64,000 nt of DNA from an uncultured Alphaproteobacteria bacterium. GTDB taxonomy: Bacteria > Pseudomonadota > Alphaproteobacteria > CAAGCB01 > CAG-977. The first letter of the stretch is position 1, and each line of letters starts with the position of its first letter. Of the stretch, positions 54,165-63,202 are shown piece after piece. The notes beneath the pieces are model-generated. The model searched no databases, was not told the DNA's origin, and saw only the letters and a program-made list of their open reading frames with translations. Position numbers and translations under genes: made by a program. The stretch is taken from positions 40,189-104,188 of the forward strand of contig CALXOZ010000001.1 of the NCBI GenBank assembly GCA_944390195.1, in the 5' to 3' direction.

Positions 54165-55030
54165 CTATGTAGGAGATTTGTCTCGATACGTATTGAAGAG
54201 CTTAATAAAAGCTTTGGGAAATACTTCAAATGAAAAATATAACGTAATAAAAAATATGTCCCCTTCTCTTTACTTCAAAAGCGTAATTAAATTAAAAAAA
54301 ACTTATAATTTATTGAAAACATTTCAATTAATTAAAAACTGAAAAAAAATAGAAAACATCCTTTCCCTTTATAATACCGTAACGGTATAAAACTAAACCG
54401 ACGGAAGATAGAACTCTTTTTCCTTATCAGTAATTTATTCAGCCCCATTTTTCTAATGAAAGAATTACCATCATCAAACTCATTGATTATCCATGCCCCT
54501 TCTCTTTCTTTCGAAAGCATAATTCCTCAAATTCATATTTTTTCAGTCTCTCAAATTCTATCCGAAGACAAACAGGCTTCAATCCCTGATTTCAAAAGCC
54601 TTCTTCTTAACATTCGGCTCAGTTTTATATCAAGCAATAACCGGTTAGCGAATTTCTTCATAAAAAAAAAGGGGGGGATTTTTAATAATAATATTTGTAT
54701 ACTTATCATAAACAGATGGATAAATGTTTTTCAAACATCCCTATCGGGCAAAAACGCTCTTTTACACAAAAACAACCTTATACAAAAACCCTTTTAATCG
54801 TGTCATAAACATTGATAGTTATTATATGCATACAGTTTAAAAAGATTAAAATTATCTCATTTATAAAAAACATATTATATTCAAATGAGTGACAATGAAA
54901 TAATCCATTCTTTCTTCCAGCTTAATCCATTGCGTTCCTTTTGCCGCTTTTTTTTATCAAAATATCCTGAGGTAAAATAAAACCCATCAAAAAAATCTAT
55001 TTCTTTTCAGAAAATATTTTTTTCAAAAAA

Positions 55031-55056
55031 AATTTCCCGTGAAATCACGGGAAATT
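55031..55056 (-). terminator. Intrinsic terminator after OMP gene
   Basis: AATTTCCCGTGA-AA-TCACGGGAAATT with an A run on the + strand side. Confidence 0.78.
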
Positions 55057-55070
55057 CTCTTTTTTACGAT

Positions 55071-55694
55071 TTAAAATTCATAACGAATACCCAACGAAAC
55101 TTCATTTGCCTTGGATTTAACATCCTGCGGCAACCCGAAATCTATTTTATAGTCTTTAATCTGTAAATAACGGTATCCGATATCTATGGCGATGTCTTTG
55201 GAAACTTTTATCCCTATACCCGCATTCAAATTCCAAGCAAATTCGGTATTCGACGTCGAGAAAATATCCTCATCATCTTGATATTTTATTTTAGTATCTG
55301 CCAGTCCCAAGCCAACACCGACATAAGGCGTAACAATTGTTCCTGTCGATATATCATAATAGCCATTAACCATATATGTCTGTAAACCGACTTTATCCTT
55401 GCCCATAATCCCGCCACTGGGATCAAGTTTAGATTTTAAATCGCGATAACCGTACTCTATTTCCACACGAACGGTATCCTGATCTCTGAATCCTTGAAAC
55501 CCTGTACCAAATGCCAAATTGAAACCGGGCGTTTTGAATGTTTCCGATGCTGACCCGAAAATATCATCAACAAGCTTTGCTTCTTCCCATGAATACACAG
55601 CTTTCAATGATGCATACGGTTTCATTTCAGCGGCTTTTACAGAAAATGAACATAATGTAAATATCGCTGTTAATAACAATGCCTTTTTCATCAT
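55071..55694 (-). CDS. Small outer-membrane beta-barrel protein (OmpA-like/opacity family)
   Basis: Signal peptide, RVEIEYGY, MVNGYYD, TPYVGVGLG, DIGYRY, C-terminal RYEF. Confidence 0.85.
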   Translation of the reverse strand: MMKKALLLTAIFTLCSFSVKAAEMKPYASLKAVYSWEEAKLVDDIFGSASETFKTPGFNLAFGTGFQGFRDQDTVRVEIEYGYRDLKSKLDPSGGIMGKDKVGLQTYMVNGYYDISTGTIVTPYVGVGLGLADTKIKYQDDEDIFSTSNTEFAWNLNAGIGIKVSKDIAIDIGYRYLQIKDYKIDFGLPQDVKSKANEVSLGIRYEF

Positions 55695-55785
55695 ATTTAC
55701 ACCTTTCTTTGTTATCTCCTTTTCTAAGGAATATCATATCTTCTCTTCAACGTCCACTACATATGAAACAATCGTACATATACTT

Positions 55786-56241
55786 TTAAGTTAAACGTTC
55801 AAAACTTCCCGTTTGCCTTAAAGCCTCCCCTAAAACAATTGCCCCCGATATAGCAACATTCAATGAACGCGTATTTGAACGCATCGGAATACGCAAACGG
55901 GCATCCGCCTGATTATGTACAAAGTCCGGAACTCCCGCGCTTTCCCGTCCTAATAATAAAATATCATCTGATCGAAAAGAAAACGATATATGGGATTGAG
56001 CTCCTTTCGTCGTCAACAAAACAATACGCCCCGTATGCTGCGAATAAAAAGCATCCCAAGAAACATGACGCGTATAGTCGACCAAATCCAAGTAATCCAT
56101 ACCTGCTCTACGCATTTTTTGATCGTTAAAGATAAAACCGCACGGTTCTATTATATCCACGGGTAAATTAAAACACGCCGCCAAACGCATGAGAGTCCCC
56201 GTATTCTGGGGGATATCCGGTTCGTATAAAGCCAAACGCAT
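55786..56241 (-). CDS. trmL: tRNA (cytidine/uridine-2'-O)-methyltransferase TrmL
   Basis: PDIPQNTG, RRAGMDY, GRESAG, RSLNVA. Confidence 0.93.
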   Translation of the reverse strand: MRLALYEPDIPQNTGTLMRLAACFNLPVDIIEPCGFIFNDQKMRRAGMDYLDLVDYTRHVSWDAFYSQHTGRIVLLTTKGAQSHISFSFRSDDILLLGRESAGVPDFVHNQADARLRIPMRSNTRSLNVAISGAIVLGEALRQTGSFERLT

Positions 56242-56252
56242 ATTTAAACACC

Positions 56253-57356
56253 CTAAACATTAAACAAAAAGTGGCAAATGTCCCCGTCTTCGATAATATA
56301 TGTTTTACCTTCCGAACGAAGCTTTCCCATTTCTCGCGCTTTTGCCTCACTCTTACAGGCTATAAAGTCATCATATGATATGACTTCCGCCCGTATGAAA
56401 CCTTTTTCAAAATCGGAATGGATCACTCCCGCCGCCTGAGGGGCTGTCATTCCTTTCTTTATCGTCCATGCCTTTGATTCCTTCGGTCCGACAGTAAAGA
56501 ACGTCCTTAAATTCAAAAGCTTGTATCCGGCGGATATGACACGGTTCAATCCTGTTTCGGATAACCCCAAGGTTTCTAAAAACTCTTTTTGTTCTTCCAT
56601 ATCTTCTAACAAAGCGACTTCGGATTCTATCGCCGCCGAAATGACAACCGCTTGATTGCCTTGCTTTTCCGCCATGTCAAATACGCGTTGTGAAAATTCA
56701 TTCCCTGTCGCCGCAGAAGCTTCATCAACATTACAAACATATAAAACCGGTTTCGAAGTCAGCAAATACAATTGATTATATAATTTTTTCTGTTCGTCCT
56801 CTTCAAACTTCACAGTGCGTGCAGGTTCCCCCGCTCTTAACGCATCCAAAACGGGTTGCATGACAGAAAGCATCTCTTTTGCTTCCTTTTCGCCCGCCCG
56901 CGCTTTCTTTTCAAAGGGAACGATACGGCGTTCCAAGCTCTCCAGATCCGACAACATCAACTCCGTTTCAATCGTCTGGGCATCACGAACAGGATCAATA
57001 GATCCTTCCACATGCGTAATATCACTGTTTTCAAAACAACGAAGCACATGCACAATGGCATCAACTTCACGGATTGACGCCAAAAACTGATTCCCCAATC
57101 CTTCCCCTTTTGACGCTCCCTTAACCAATCCGGCTATGTCAACAAATTCCAACTGGGTATATATCGTTTGCTTTGATGCCGCCATTTGCGATAAAATCGC
57201 CAAACGCGGATCGGGAACGGCTACACGCCCGACATTCGGTTCAATCGTGCAAAATGGATAATTCGCCGCTTGCGCCGCCATCGTCGACGTTAACGCATTA
57301 AACAAAGTCGATTTACCTACATTAGGTAAACCTACAATCCCGCAATTAAATCCCAT
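56253..57356 (-). CDS. ychF: Redox-regulated ATPase YchF
   Basis: GLPNVGKS, NYPFCTIEP, DIAGLV. Confidence 0.97.
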   Translation of the reverse strand: MGFNCGIVGLPNVGKSTLFNALTSTMAAQAANYPFCTIEPNVGRVAVPDPRLAILSQMAASKQTIYTQLEFVDIAGLVKGASKGEGLGNQFLASIREVDAIVHVLRCFENSDITHVEGSIDPVRDAQTIETELMLSDLESLERRIVPFEKKARAGEKEAKEMLSVMQPVLDALRAGEPARTVKFEEDEQKKLYNQLYLLTSKPVLYVCNVDEASAATGNEFSQRVFDMAEKQGNQAVVISAAIESEVALLEDMEEQKEFLETLGLSETGLNRVISAGYKLLNLRTFFTVGPKESKAWTIKKGMTAPQAAGVIHSDFEKGFIRAEVISYDDFIACKSEAKAREMGKLRSEGKTYIIEDGDICHFLFNV

Positions 57357-57359
57357 CTT

Positions 57360-57944
57360 TTATCCCTTTTTCGACTTTTTTTGTTGATATACCGCCAATC
57401 TGGACGTAAATTCCGCAACTCCGCCGGACAACACGAAAGGAAATGTTTCACCTATGTCGGATAATAAAACTTTTATCTTTTCCAAATCTTCTTTCGGAAA
57501 TCTGGATATTATCCAATCAACGACCGGTTCACCGTGCAACGGGTGCCCTACCCCTATTCTGAGGCGTGTATAATTTGACGAACAACAAGCGTCTATACTT
57601 CTTAAACCATTATGACCACCTGCTCCGCCACCGACTTTGCCTTTGAGCTTTCCAAGCGGACAATCCATATCATCATGTAATACGATCAATTGTTGTACAG
57701 GTATCTTATAAAAGGACATCACTGAAAAAACAGCCCGCCCCGAATTATTCATATATGTCTGCGGCTTGAGCAATAAAACCTTTTGCCCGTCAATCACACC
57801 TTCGGCCGTTTCACTTTCAAAACGAACGCGCCAAGATGAAAAATCATAGCGGCGAAATATTTCATCCGCCGCCATAAATCCCACATTATGCCGACTGTTT
57901 TTATATTCGGATCCCGGATTTCCAAGACCAACAACCAAAAACAC
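57360..57944 (-). CDS. pth: Peptidyl-tRNA hydrolase
   Basis: GLGNPG, RHNVGF, HDDMD, GGHNGLRS. Confidence 0.96.
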   Translation of the reverse strand: MFLVVGLGNPGSEYKNSRHNVGFMAADEIFRRYDFSSWRVRFESETAEGVIDGQKVLLLKPQTYMNNSGRAVFSVMSFYKIPVQQLIVLHDDMDCPLGKLKGKVGGGAGGHNGLRSIDACCSSNYTRLRIGVGHPLHGEPVVDWIISRFPKEDLEKIKVLLSDIGETFPFVLSGGVAEFTSRLAVYQQKKSKKG

Positions 57945-57956
57945 CGGCTAATCCTC

Positions 57957-58595
57957 TTAAGCTTTTGTTGCCGCATCCGTCGTTGATGCAGCCGCGGCAT
58001 CACCGGATGCTTCCGTAACGCTTTCTTCCATAGAAGACGGTGCAGCAATTGCCGCAATTGTTGTATCCATATCTTCCACAGGTTTGACACCGGTCGGGAA
58101 TTTGACATCGGACATCTTGACAACATCGCCGATTTCCAAACCTGTCAAATCGACAAATAACGTTTCCGGAATGTCTTTCGGTTTACAAGAAACTTCGATC
58201 ACACGATAAATGGCGTTAAGCGTACCACCCAATTTCAAACCGGGGCATGCCAATTCATTTTCATACATGACCGGAACTTCGATTTCCAGTTCGGCGTTTT
58301 CAGAAACACGCAGAAAATCTATATGAATCGGACGATCTGTCAATGGATGCGTTTGAATATCCTGACAAATGGCATGGTACTTGTTTTTTCCGACTTCGAT
58401 TTCAAATTGGCGTGTCCAGAAACCTTTCTGGCGCATCTGGGCGTCCAAGTCCAAAGCGGATATCGAAAACATCACGGGTTCTTTTTTTTCACCGTAAATA
58501 ACACCGGGAATTAAACCTGCGCGACGTTCTGCGCGAGCCGCCCCCTTACCTGCTGTCTTGCGTTCATTAACGCGAATTGAAGTTGTTTTTGCCAT
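57957..58595 (-). CDS. rplY: 50S ribosomal protein L25/Ctc
   Basis: GKGAARAERRAG.IPGVIYG, HIDFLR, CPGLKLGG. Confidence 0.95.
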   Translation of the reverse strand: MAKTTSIRVNERKTAGKGAARAERRAGLIPGVIYGEKKEPVMFSISALDLDAQMRQKGFWTRQFEIEVGKNKYHAICQDIQTHPLTDRPIHIDFLRVSENAELEIEVPVMYENELACPGLKLGGTLNAIYRVIEVSCKPKDIPETLFVDLTGLEIGDVVKMSDVKFPTGVKPVEDMDTTIAAIAAPSSMEESVTEASGDAAAASTTDAATKA

Positions 58596-58617
58596 AATTT
58601 CTTCCTCTTAAAATGAA

Positions 58618-58670
58618 AACGGTTCTGCCTCCAGGGGTGCCTGAACCGTTATTTCCGCCCTATGCGGAAA
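58618..58670 (-). promoter_or_regulatory. Structured rplY 5' leader (two hairpins)
   Basis: mRNA UUUCCGC-AUAGG-GCGGAAA, then AACGGUUC-AGGCACCCCUGGAGGCA-GAACCGUU just upstream of the RBS. Confidence 0.55.
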
Positions 58671-58965
58671 GATTATGTTTGTTTACACCCTTTTTTATTG
58701 AAAAGCAATCTTTTTAACCTTTCATTTCTGTTATGTTTTTCTTTTTCCCTTTATGTAAAAAAGTCCTAATTTAAAATTTCATCTGTTTTTTTCCTGAATA
58801 AAATTCAATATCCGTCTTCTTGCGGTATCTGAATGAAAAAATTTACTTTTCCTATTCCGTTTTTTTGATTTCCCCTTTCAAAAAAAGAGATATGATGTGT
58901 TAAAATTAATACTGATTTTATCCACCATAAAATAGAAATTTTTCCAATCCGGAAAAAAGAGAAAT

Positions 58966-59748
58966 ATGATGAAATCCGAAATAAATTCTCACAATCAAAT
59001 AACCCAGCTTATTTCGTTGGTAGATAGTTTGTTTCACGACGGTTATTCGGGAATGTATCTTTATGGATCGGCCACTTTTGGCGGGTTGCGTCCAAACAGC
59101 GATATAGATATATTAATCATTATCAAAGAAAAAATATCAAATTATATACGGAAAAAACTAACTGAACATTTGTTAATCATTTCCGGTACGGTTGGATGTA
59201 TCAAAAAACGCCCTTTAGAAGTTACTTTTATCTGTCAAAGCGACATTATACCTTGGCGTTTTCCCCCAAAGTGTGAATATGTCTTCGGTGAATGGCTTCG
59301 ATCTGAAATTGAAGCCGGTCACGAACCGTTACCGCATAACAACCCAGACTTGACCATCTTGTTATGGCAGGCAAAGCGCTACGGATTGCTTTTAAAAGGA
59401 AAAAAAATTGATGATCTCGTCCCTTCCATCCCTTTTTCTGAAATCCAAAAAGCCATTAAATATTCCTTACCGCAATTGATGAACAACCTGAACGGAGATG
59501 AAAGAAACGTCTTGTTAACCCTTGCACGAATGTGGTTCACTTTGGAAACGGGGGAAATCAGCACAAAAGATATCGCGGCTCAATGGGTTTTAGAAAAAAT
59601 CCCCAATCAATCTTCTTCAATTCTTAACATGGCAAAAGAAGCTTATCTGGGAAATGTTCAAGATCAATGGGAATGCGTAAAAAAAGAAACACTCATACTT
59701 GCCAAATTCATGCAATATCACATTGAAACATTGTCAAGTTCGGTTTAA
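58966..59748 (+). CDS. Aminoglycoside nucleotidyltransferase, ANT(9)/AadA family (spectinomycin adenylyltransferase-like)
   Basis: YLYGSA..GGLRPNSDID, RPLEVT, PWRFPP, GEWLR, DLTILL, GDERNVLLTLARMW, KDIAAQW. Confidence 0.88.
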   Translation: MMKSEINSHNQITQLISLVDSLFHDGYSGMYLYGSATFGGLRPNSDIDILIIIKEKISNYIRKKLTEHLLIISGTVGCIKKRPLEVTFICQSDIIPWRFPPKCEYVFGEWLRSEIEAGHEPLPHNNPDLTILLWQAKRYGLLLKGKKIDDLVPSIPFSEIQKAIKYSLPQLMNNLNGDERNVLLTLARMWFTLETGEISTKDIAAQWVLEKIPNQSSSILNMAKEAYLGNVQDQWECVKKETLILAKFMQYHIETLSSSV

Positions 59749-59789
59749 AAATCAATTACAAACGAATTTTACGATTAAATATTAAAATA

Positions 59790-59824
59790 AAAAAAGCTGT
59801 TAATTTGAAATCAACAGCTTTTTT
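59790..59824. terminator. Bidirectional terminator between ant and prs
   Basis: AAAAAAGCTGTT...AACAGCTTTTTT. Confidence 0.75.
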
Positions 59825-59855
59825 CTTCCTTTTTTATTTAATCTTTCTTTTTTAT

Positions 59856-60788
59856 TTAATAAAACAAACTAGTGACAGAGCGTTCCTCACTGATACGCAA
59901 AATGGATTCTCCGACCAATTCCGCAACAGAGACAACACGAATATTTCTTGCTTCTTTAACGGCTTGGGTCGGTTCTATCGTATCCGTGATAACCAAAGAT
60001 TCCAACGGAGAATCCGTTACACGTTTCACGGCATCGCCAGATAAAACACCATGCGTTACATAAGCATATACGGATTTGGCGCCAGCGTTTTTCAAAGCTA
60101 CAGCAGCGTTGCATAATGTACCGGCTGAATCAACAATATCATCAACCAAAATACAATCCTGCCCTTCAACTTCTCCGATAATATTCATAACTTCGGATAC
60201 ACCGGCCTTTTCACGCCGCTTATCAATGATAGCCAAATCCGCATGCAACCGTTTGGCTATCCCTCTCGCACGAACGACTCCGCCGACATCCGGAGACACA
60301 ATCATAGGAGTTTTATCTCTGAAATGATACATGATATCTTTTACCATTACCGGCGCCGCCATTAAATTATCAACGGGAATATCAAAAAAACCTTGTATCT
60401 GACCAGCATGAAGATCCATCGTTACCACACGGCTTGCTCCTGCCGAAGTAATTAAATTCGCCACTAATTTAGCAGAAATCGGTGTACGCGGCGCTGAACG
60501 GCGATCTTGACGCGCATAACCGAAATAAGGGATAACTGCTGTTATACGACGCGCTGACGAACGTTTGAACGTATCCAACATGATCAACAGTTCCATTAAA
60601 TGGTCGTTCACCGGAGAACTGGTCGGTTGGATAATAAAAACATCTTGTCCACGAACAGTTTCCTGAACTTCAACAAAAATTTCATTATCGGCAAAACGAC
60701 GTACCGAACATTTTGATAAAGATGTATCCATATAACTTGCAACCGCTTGGGCAAATGCAAAATTACTGTTACCTGAAAAAACTTTCAT
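59856..60788 (-). CDS. prs: Ribose-phosphate pyrophosphokinase
   Basis: [31 protein letters not shown]. Confidence 0.98.
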   Translation of the reverse strand: MKVFSGNSNFAFAQAVASYMDTSLSKCSVRRFADNEIFVEVQETVRGQDVFIIQPTSSPVNDHLMELLIMLDTFKRSSARRITAVIPYFGYARQDRRSAPRTPISAKLVANLITSAGASRVVTMDLHAGQIQGFFDIPVDNLMAAPVMVKDIMYHFRDKTPMIVSPDVGGVVRARGIAKRLHADLAIIDKRREKAGVSEVMNIIGEVEGQDCILVDDIVDSAGTLCNAAVALKNAGAKSVYAYVTHGVLSGDAVKRVTDSPLESLVITDTIEPTQAVKEARNIRVVSVAELVGESILRISEERSVTSLFY

Positions 60789-60807
60789 ATCTCATCCCTT
60801 ATTATTA

Positions 60808-61578
60808 TTAAAATAAAGACGAATCAAGCAGACCTATAACCGATATCTGACGTCCGCATTTTTCGCCTTTCCGAGTTGAACGGCGATTGGAAAAATATTC
60901 CTTTTCCAACGTATAAGTGTCTTCTCCGACCCATTCCGCCGCTCCAATCCCTTGGCGTTCCAATCTCGATAAAACATATCCGGGCAAATCAAACCTGTAT
61001 TTTCCAGCCCCTGACGGATCGAAAAACAATGATGCCTTTACATCCGCTTGCAAAAAGGACTCTTTCATATCCTCCCCGACTTCATAAGATTGCGGCGCTA
61101 TACACGGTCCGATTAACGCTGATATGTTTTCTTTTTTCGCCCCCATTTTTAACATCATATCAATTGTGTTTTCCAATACACCGCTCACCGCTCCACGCCA
61201 TCCCGCATGGACTGCCGCAACAACACAATGATCTGAATCAGCCAATAATACAGGCGCACAATCGGCTGTCTTTATCCCTAAAAAAATATTCGATTGATCC
61301 GTTACCAAAGCGTCTCCGTAAGGGGTCTTGTCAAAAGGTTCTCGTGTCGTAACGGGTATCACAATCGATGAATGAGTTTGATGTAAAACAAACAACTTTT
61401 CCACCGTACACCCCAAATAACCGGAAACTCTGCGCATATTCTCGCGTACCTTTGCAGGATCATCTCCCACTTTCACGGAACAATTCAATGAATCAAATTC
61501 ACCGGTTGAAACACCGTTCTTGCGTGTAAAAAAACGGTAACGGATATTTTCTGAAAAACAAAGTGTCGTCTTACCCAT
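60808..61578 (-). CDS. pgeF: Peptidoglycan editing factor / purine nucleoside phosphorylase PgeF (YfiH)
   Basis: QTHS, TADCAPVLL, HAGWRG, GPCI. Confidence 0.9.
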   Translation of the reverse strand: MGKTTLCFSENIRYRFFTRKNGVSTGEFDSLNCSVKVGDDPAKVRENMRRVSGYLGCTVEKLFVLHQTHSSIVIPVTTREPFDKTPYGDALVTDQSNIFLGIKTADCAPVLLADSDHCVVAAVHAGWRGAVSGVLENTIDMMLKMGAKKENISALIGPCIAPQSYEVGEDMKESFLQADVKASLFFDPSGAGKYRFDLPGYVLSRLERQGIGAAEWVGEDTYTLEKEYFSNRRSTRKGEKCGRQISVIGLLDSSLF

Positions 61579-62352
61579 TTAATCTTGTCCTGTTTTGTTT
61601 AAAACAGCCTCTTGTTTTGCTGCTATTGTCTTTTCCAGTTTTTCTTCCAGCCTTTTTTGTTTATTTTCAAACTTTTGTTGTTTGATTTCTATTTTATGCT
61701 CCGCCTTTTCCTTTTTGCGTTCAAACTTTTTCTGCGTTTTTTCTATCTTCTTTTCAAGACGCTTTTGACGGTTGGCCAAACGCCGTGTCAATGTCTGCCG
61801 CCGCCGATTAATATACCATAGCGTCCATTTATAAGCCCCCCAGCCGCCTATGATAATCCAAGGAACGGAACCGATCATCATGGACACGCCCCAATCCTTG
61901 ATTAATATCGTCCCCATTGCTTTTAAGGCTTCAATCAAGCCGTCTTCATCCAACACCGTTTTTATCAGACCGTAAAATTTGGCATATGTCGTTCGTTCCT
62001 CGAACTCTGCGGTCATCAATTTTCCTGTAACATAAAACATATAATAAAAAGGGGGAATTGTAAAAACGTTCGTTATCCACGTCCAAGCCAAACCGACGGG
62101 AAGATTAAAATCCCATTTAAAAAATTTCCGACTAAACAGCCATGTTAAAAAAACAAGATACATTTGAATCCCGACAAGAGGGGTCATAGCCCATCCCATG
62201 CCGATTAACGCCCCTCTTGCGGTTATTTCAGGAGGATGCTTTGACCGAATCATTGGAATGATCAACTTCATGCGAACAACTGAAGCGATCGTTTTGAAAA
62301 AACCTCTTTTCTTTAAATTAAGCGGCATATCTTCCTTAATCCGACGTTTCAT
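61579..62352 (-). CDS. DUF2062-family membrane protein with K/E-rich coiled-coil tail
   Basis: PEITARGALIG...TPLVG.Q...NLP......WITNVFTIPP.YY. Confidence 0.78.
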   Translation of the reverse strand: MKRRIKEDMPLNLKKRGFFKTIASVVRMKLIIPMIRSKHPPEITARGALIGMGWAMTPLVGIQMYLVFLTWLFSRKFFKWDFNLPVGLAWTWITNVFTIPPFYYMFYVTGKLMTAEFEERTTYAKFYGLIKTVLDEDGLIEALKAMGTILIKDWGVSMMIGSVPWIIIGGWGAYKWTLWYINRRRQTLTRRLANRQKRLEKKIEKTQKKFERKKEKAEHKIEIKQQKFENKQKRLEEKLEKTIAAKQEAVLNKTGQD

Positions 62353-62390
62353 ACTTATCTTTATGGAATAACAGAGAAATTACTTCCTGT

Positions 62391-63194
62391 CTAAGCTTTT
62401 TTTATTGACCATACGATTATGGAGACACCGACAATCAACATCGGAATCGTCAATATTTGTCCCATTGTTATTCGGGCAAATAAAAATCCCAGTTGCGGAT
62501 CCGGTTCCCTGAAGTTTTCCAAAACGGCGCGAATTATCCCGTAACTGCATAGAAACAATCCCGATGTAAATCCGGGACGGATCCTGACCCACACACTGTG
62601 CGTCCACAAAGAATACAACAAAACAAATAACAAGACCCCTTCAAAGCCGGCTTCATATAACTGACTGGGGTGACGGGGCAAAGGACCTCCGTTCGGAAAA
62701 ATCATAGCCCACGGCACAGATGTCGTTACGCGACCGTAAAGTTCTGAATTCGCAAAATTTGCCAATCTGCCCAAAAACAAACCGATCGGCGTGATACAAG
62801 CTAATATGTCTGTAAATAAAAAAAACTTCACTTTCACATAACGGGAATATAAATACACAGCAATGATCACACCGATCAAACCGCCGTGAAAAGACATTCC
62901 TCCTTGCCATAAGGCCATAATTTGTAACGGATTTTCCATGTAATACGAAAAATTATAAAATAAAACGTATCCTATTCTGCCTCCGATGATAACCCCTAAT
63001 GTCCCCCAAAAAATCACATCGTCAATCATCACTGGCGTAATCTGATTGGGATAACGCTTTACCATCTTGCGAGCCAAAAACCAAGCAGCGAGTATACCTA
63101 ACAAATAAGCCAGAGAATACCATCGCAAACCGAAACTGCCTATATGAATGGCAACAGGATCTATGTCAGGAAAAGATATGCCTTTGTATGTCAT
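62391..63194 (-). CDS. lgt: Prolipoprotein diacylglyceryl transferase
   Basis: RWYSLAY, GGRIGY, GMSFHGG, GRLANF, RHPSQLYE. Confidence 0.97.
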   Translation of the reverse strand: MTYKGISFPDIDPVAIHIGSFGLRWYSLAYLLGILAAWFLARKMVKRYPNQITPVMIDDVIFWGTLGVIIGGRIGYVLFYNFSYYMENPLQIMALWQGGMSFHGGLIGVIIAVYLYSRYVKVKFFLFTDILACITPIGLFLGRLANFANSELYGRVTTSVPWAMIFPNGGPLPRHPSQLYEAGFEGVLLFVLLYSLWTHSVWVRIRPGFTSGLFLCSYGIIRAVLENFREPDPQLGFLFARITMGQILTIPMLIVGVSIIVWSIKKA

Positions 63195-63202
63195 AAAAAC
63201 CT

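Noticed and set aside
54456-54797. 113-aa ORF in the AT-rich spacer
   Set aside because: No RBS or recognisable motif; composition looks like non-coding AT-rich DNA.
54165-55030. Replication origin
   Set aside because: AT-rich, but no cluster of TTATCCACA boxes and no hemE/dnaA/parAB context.
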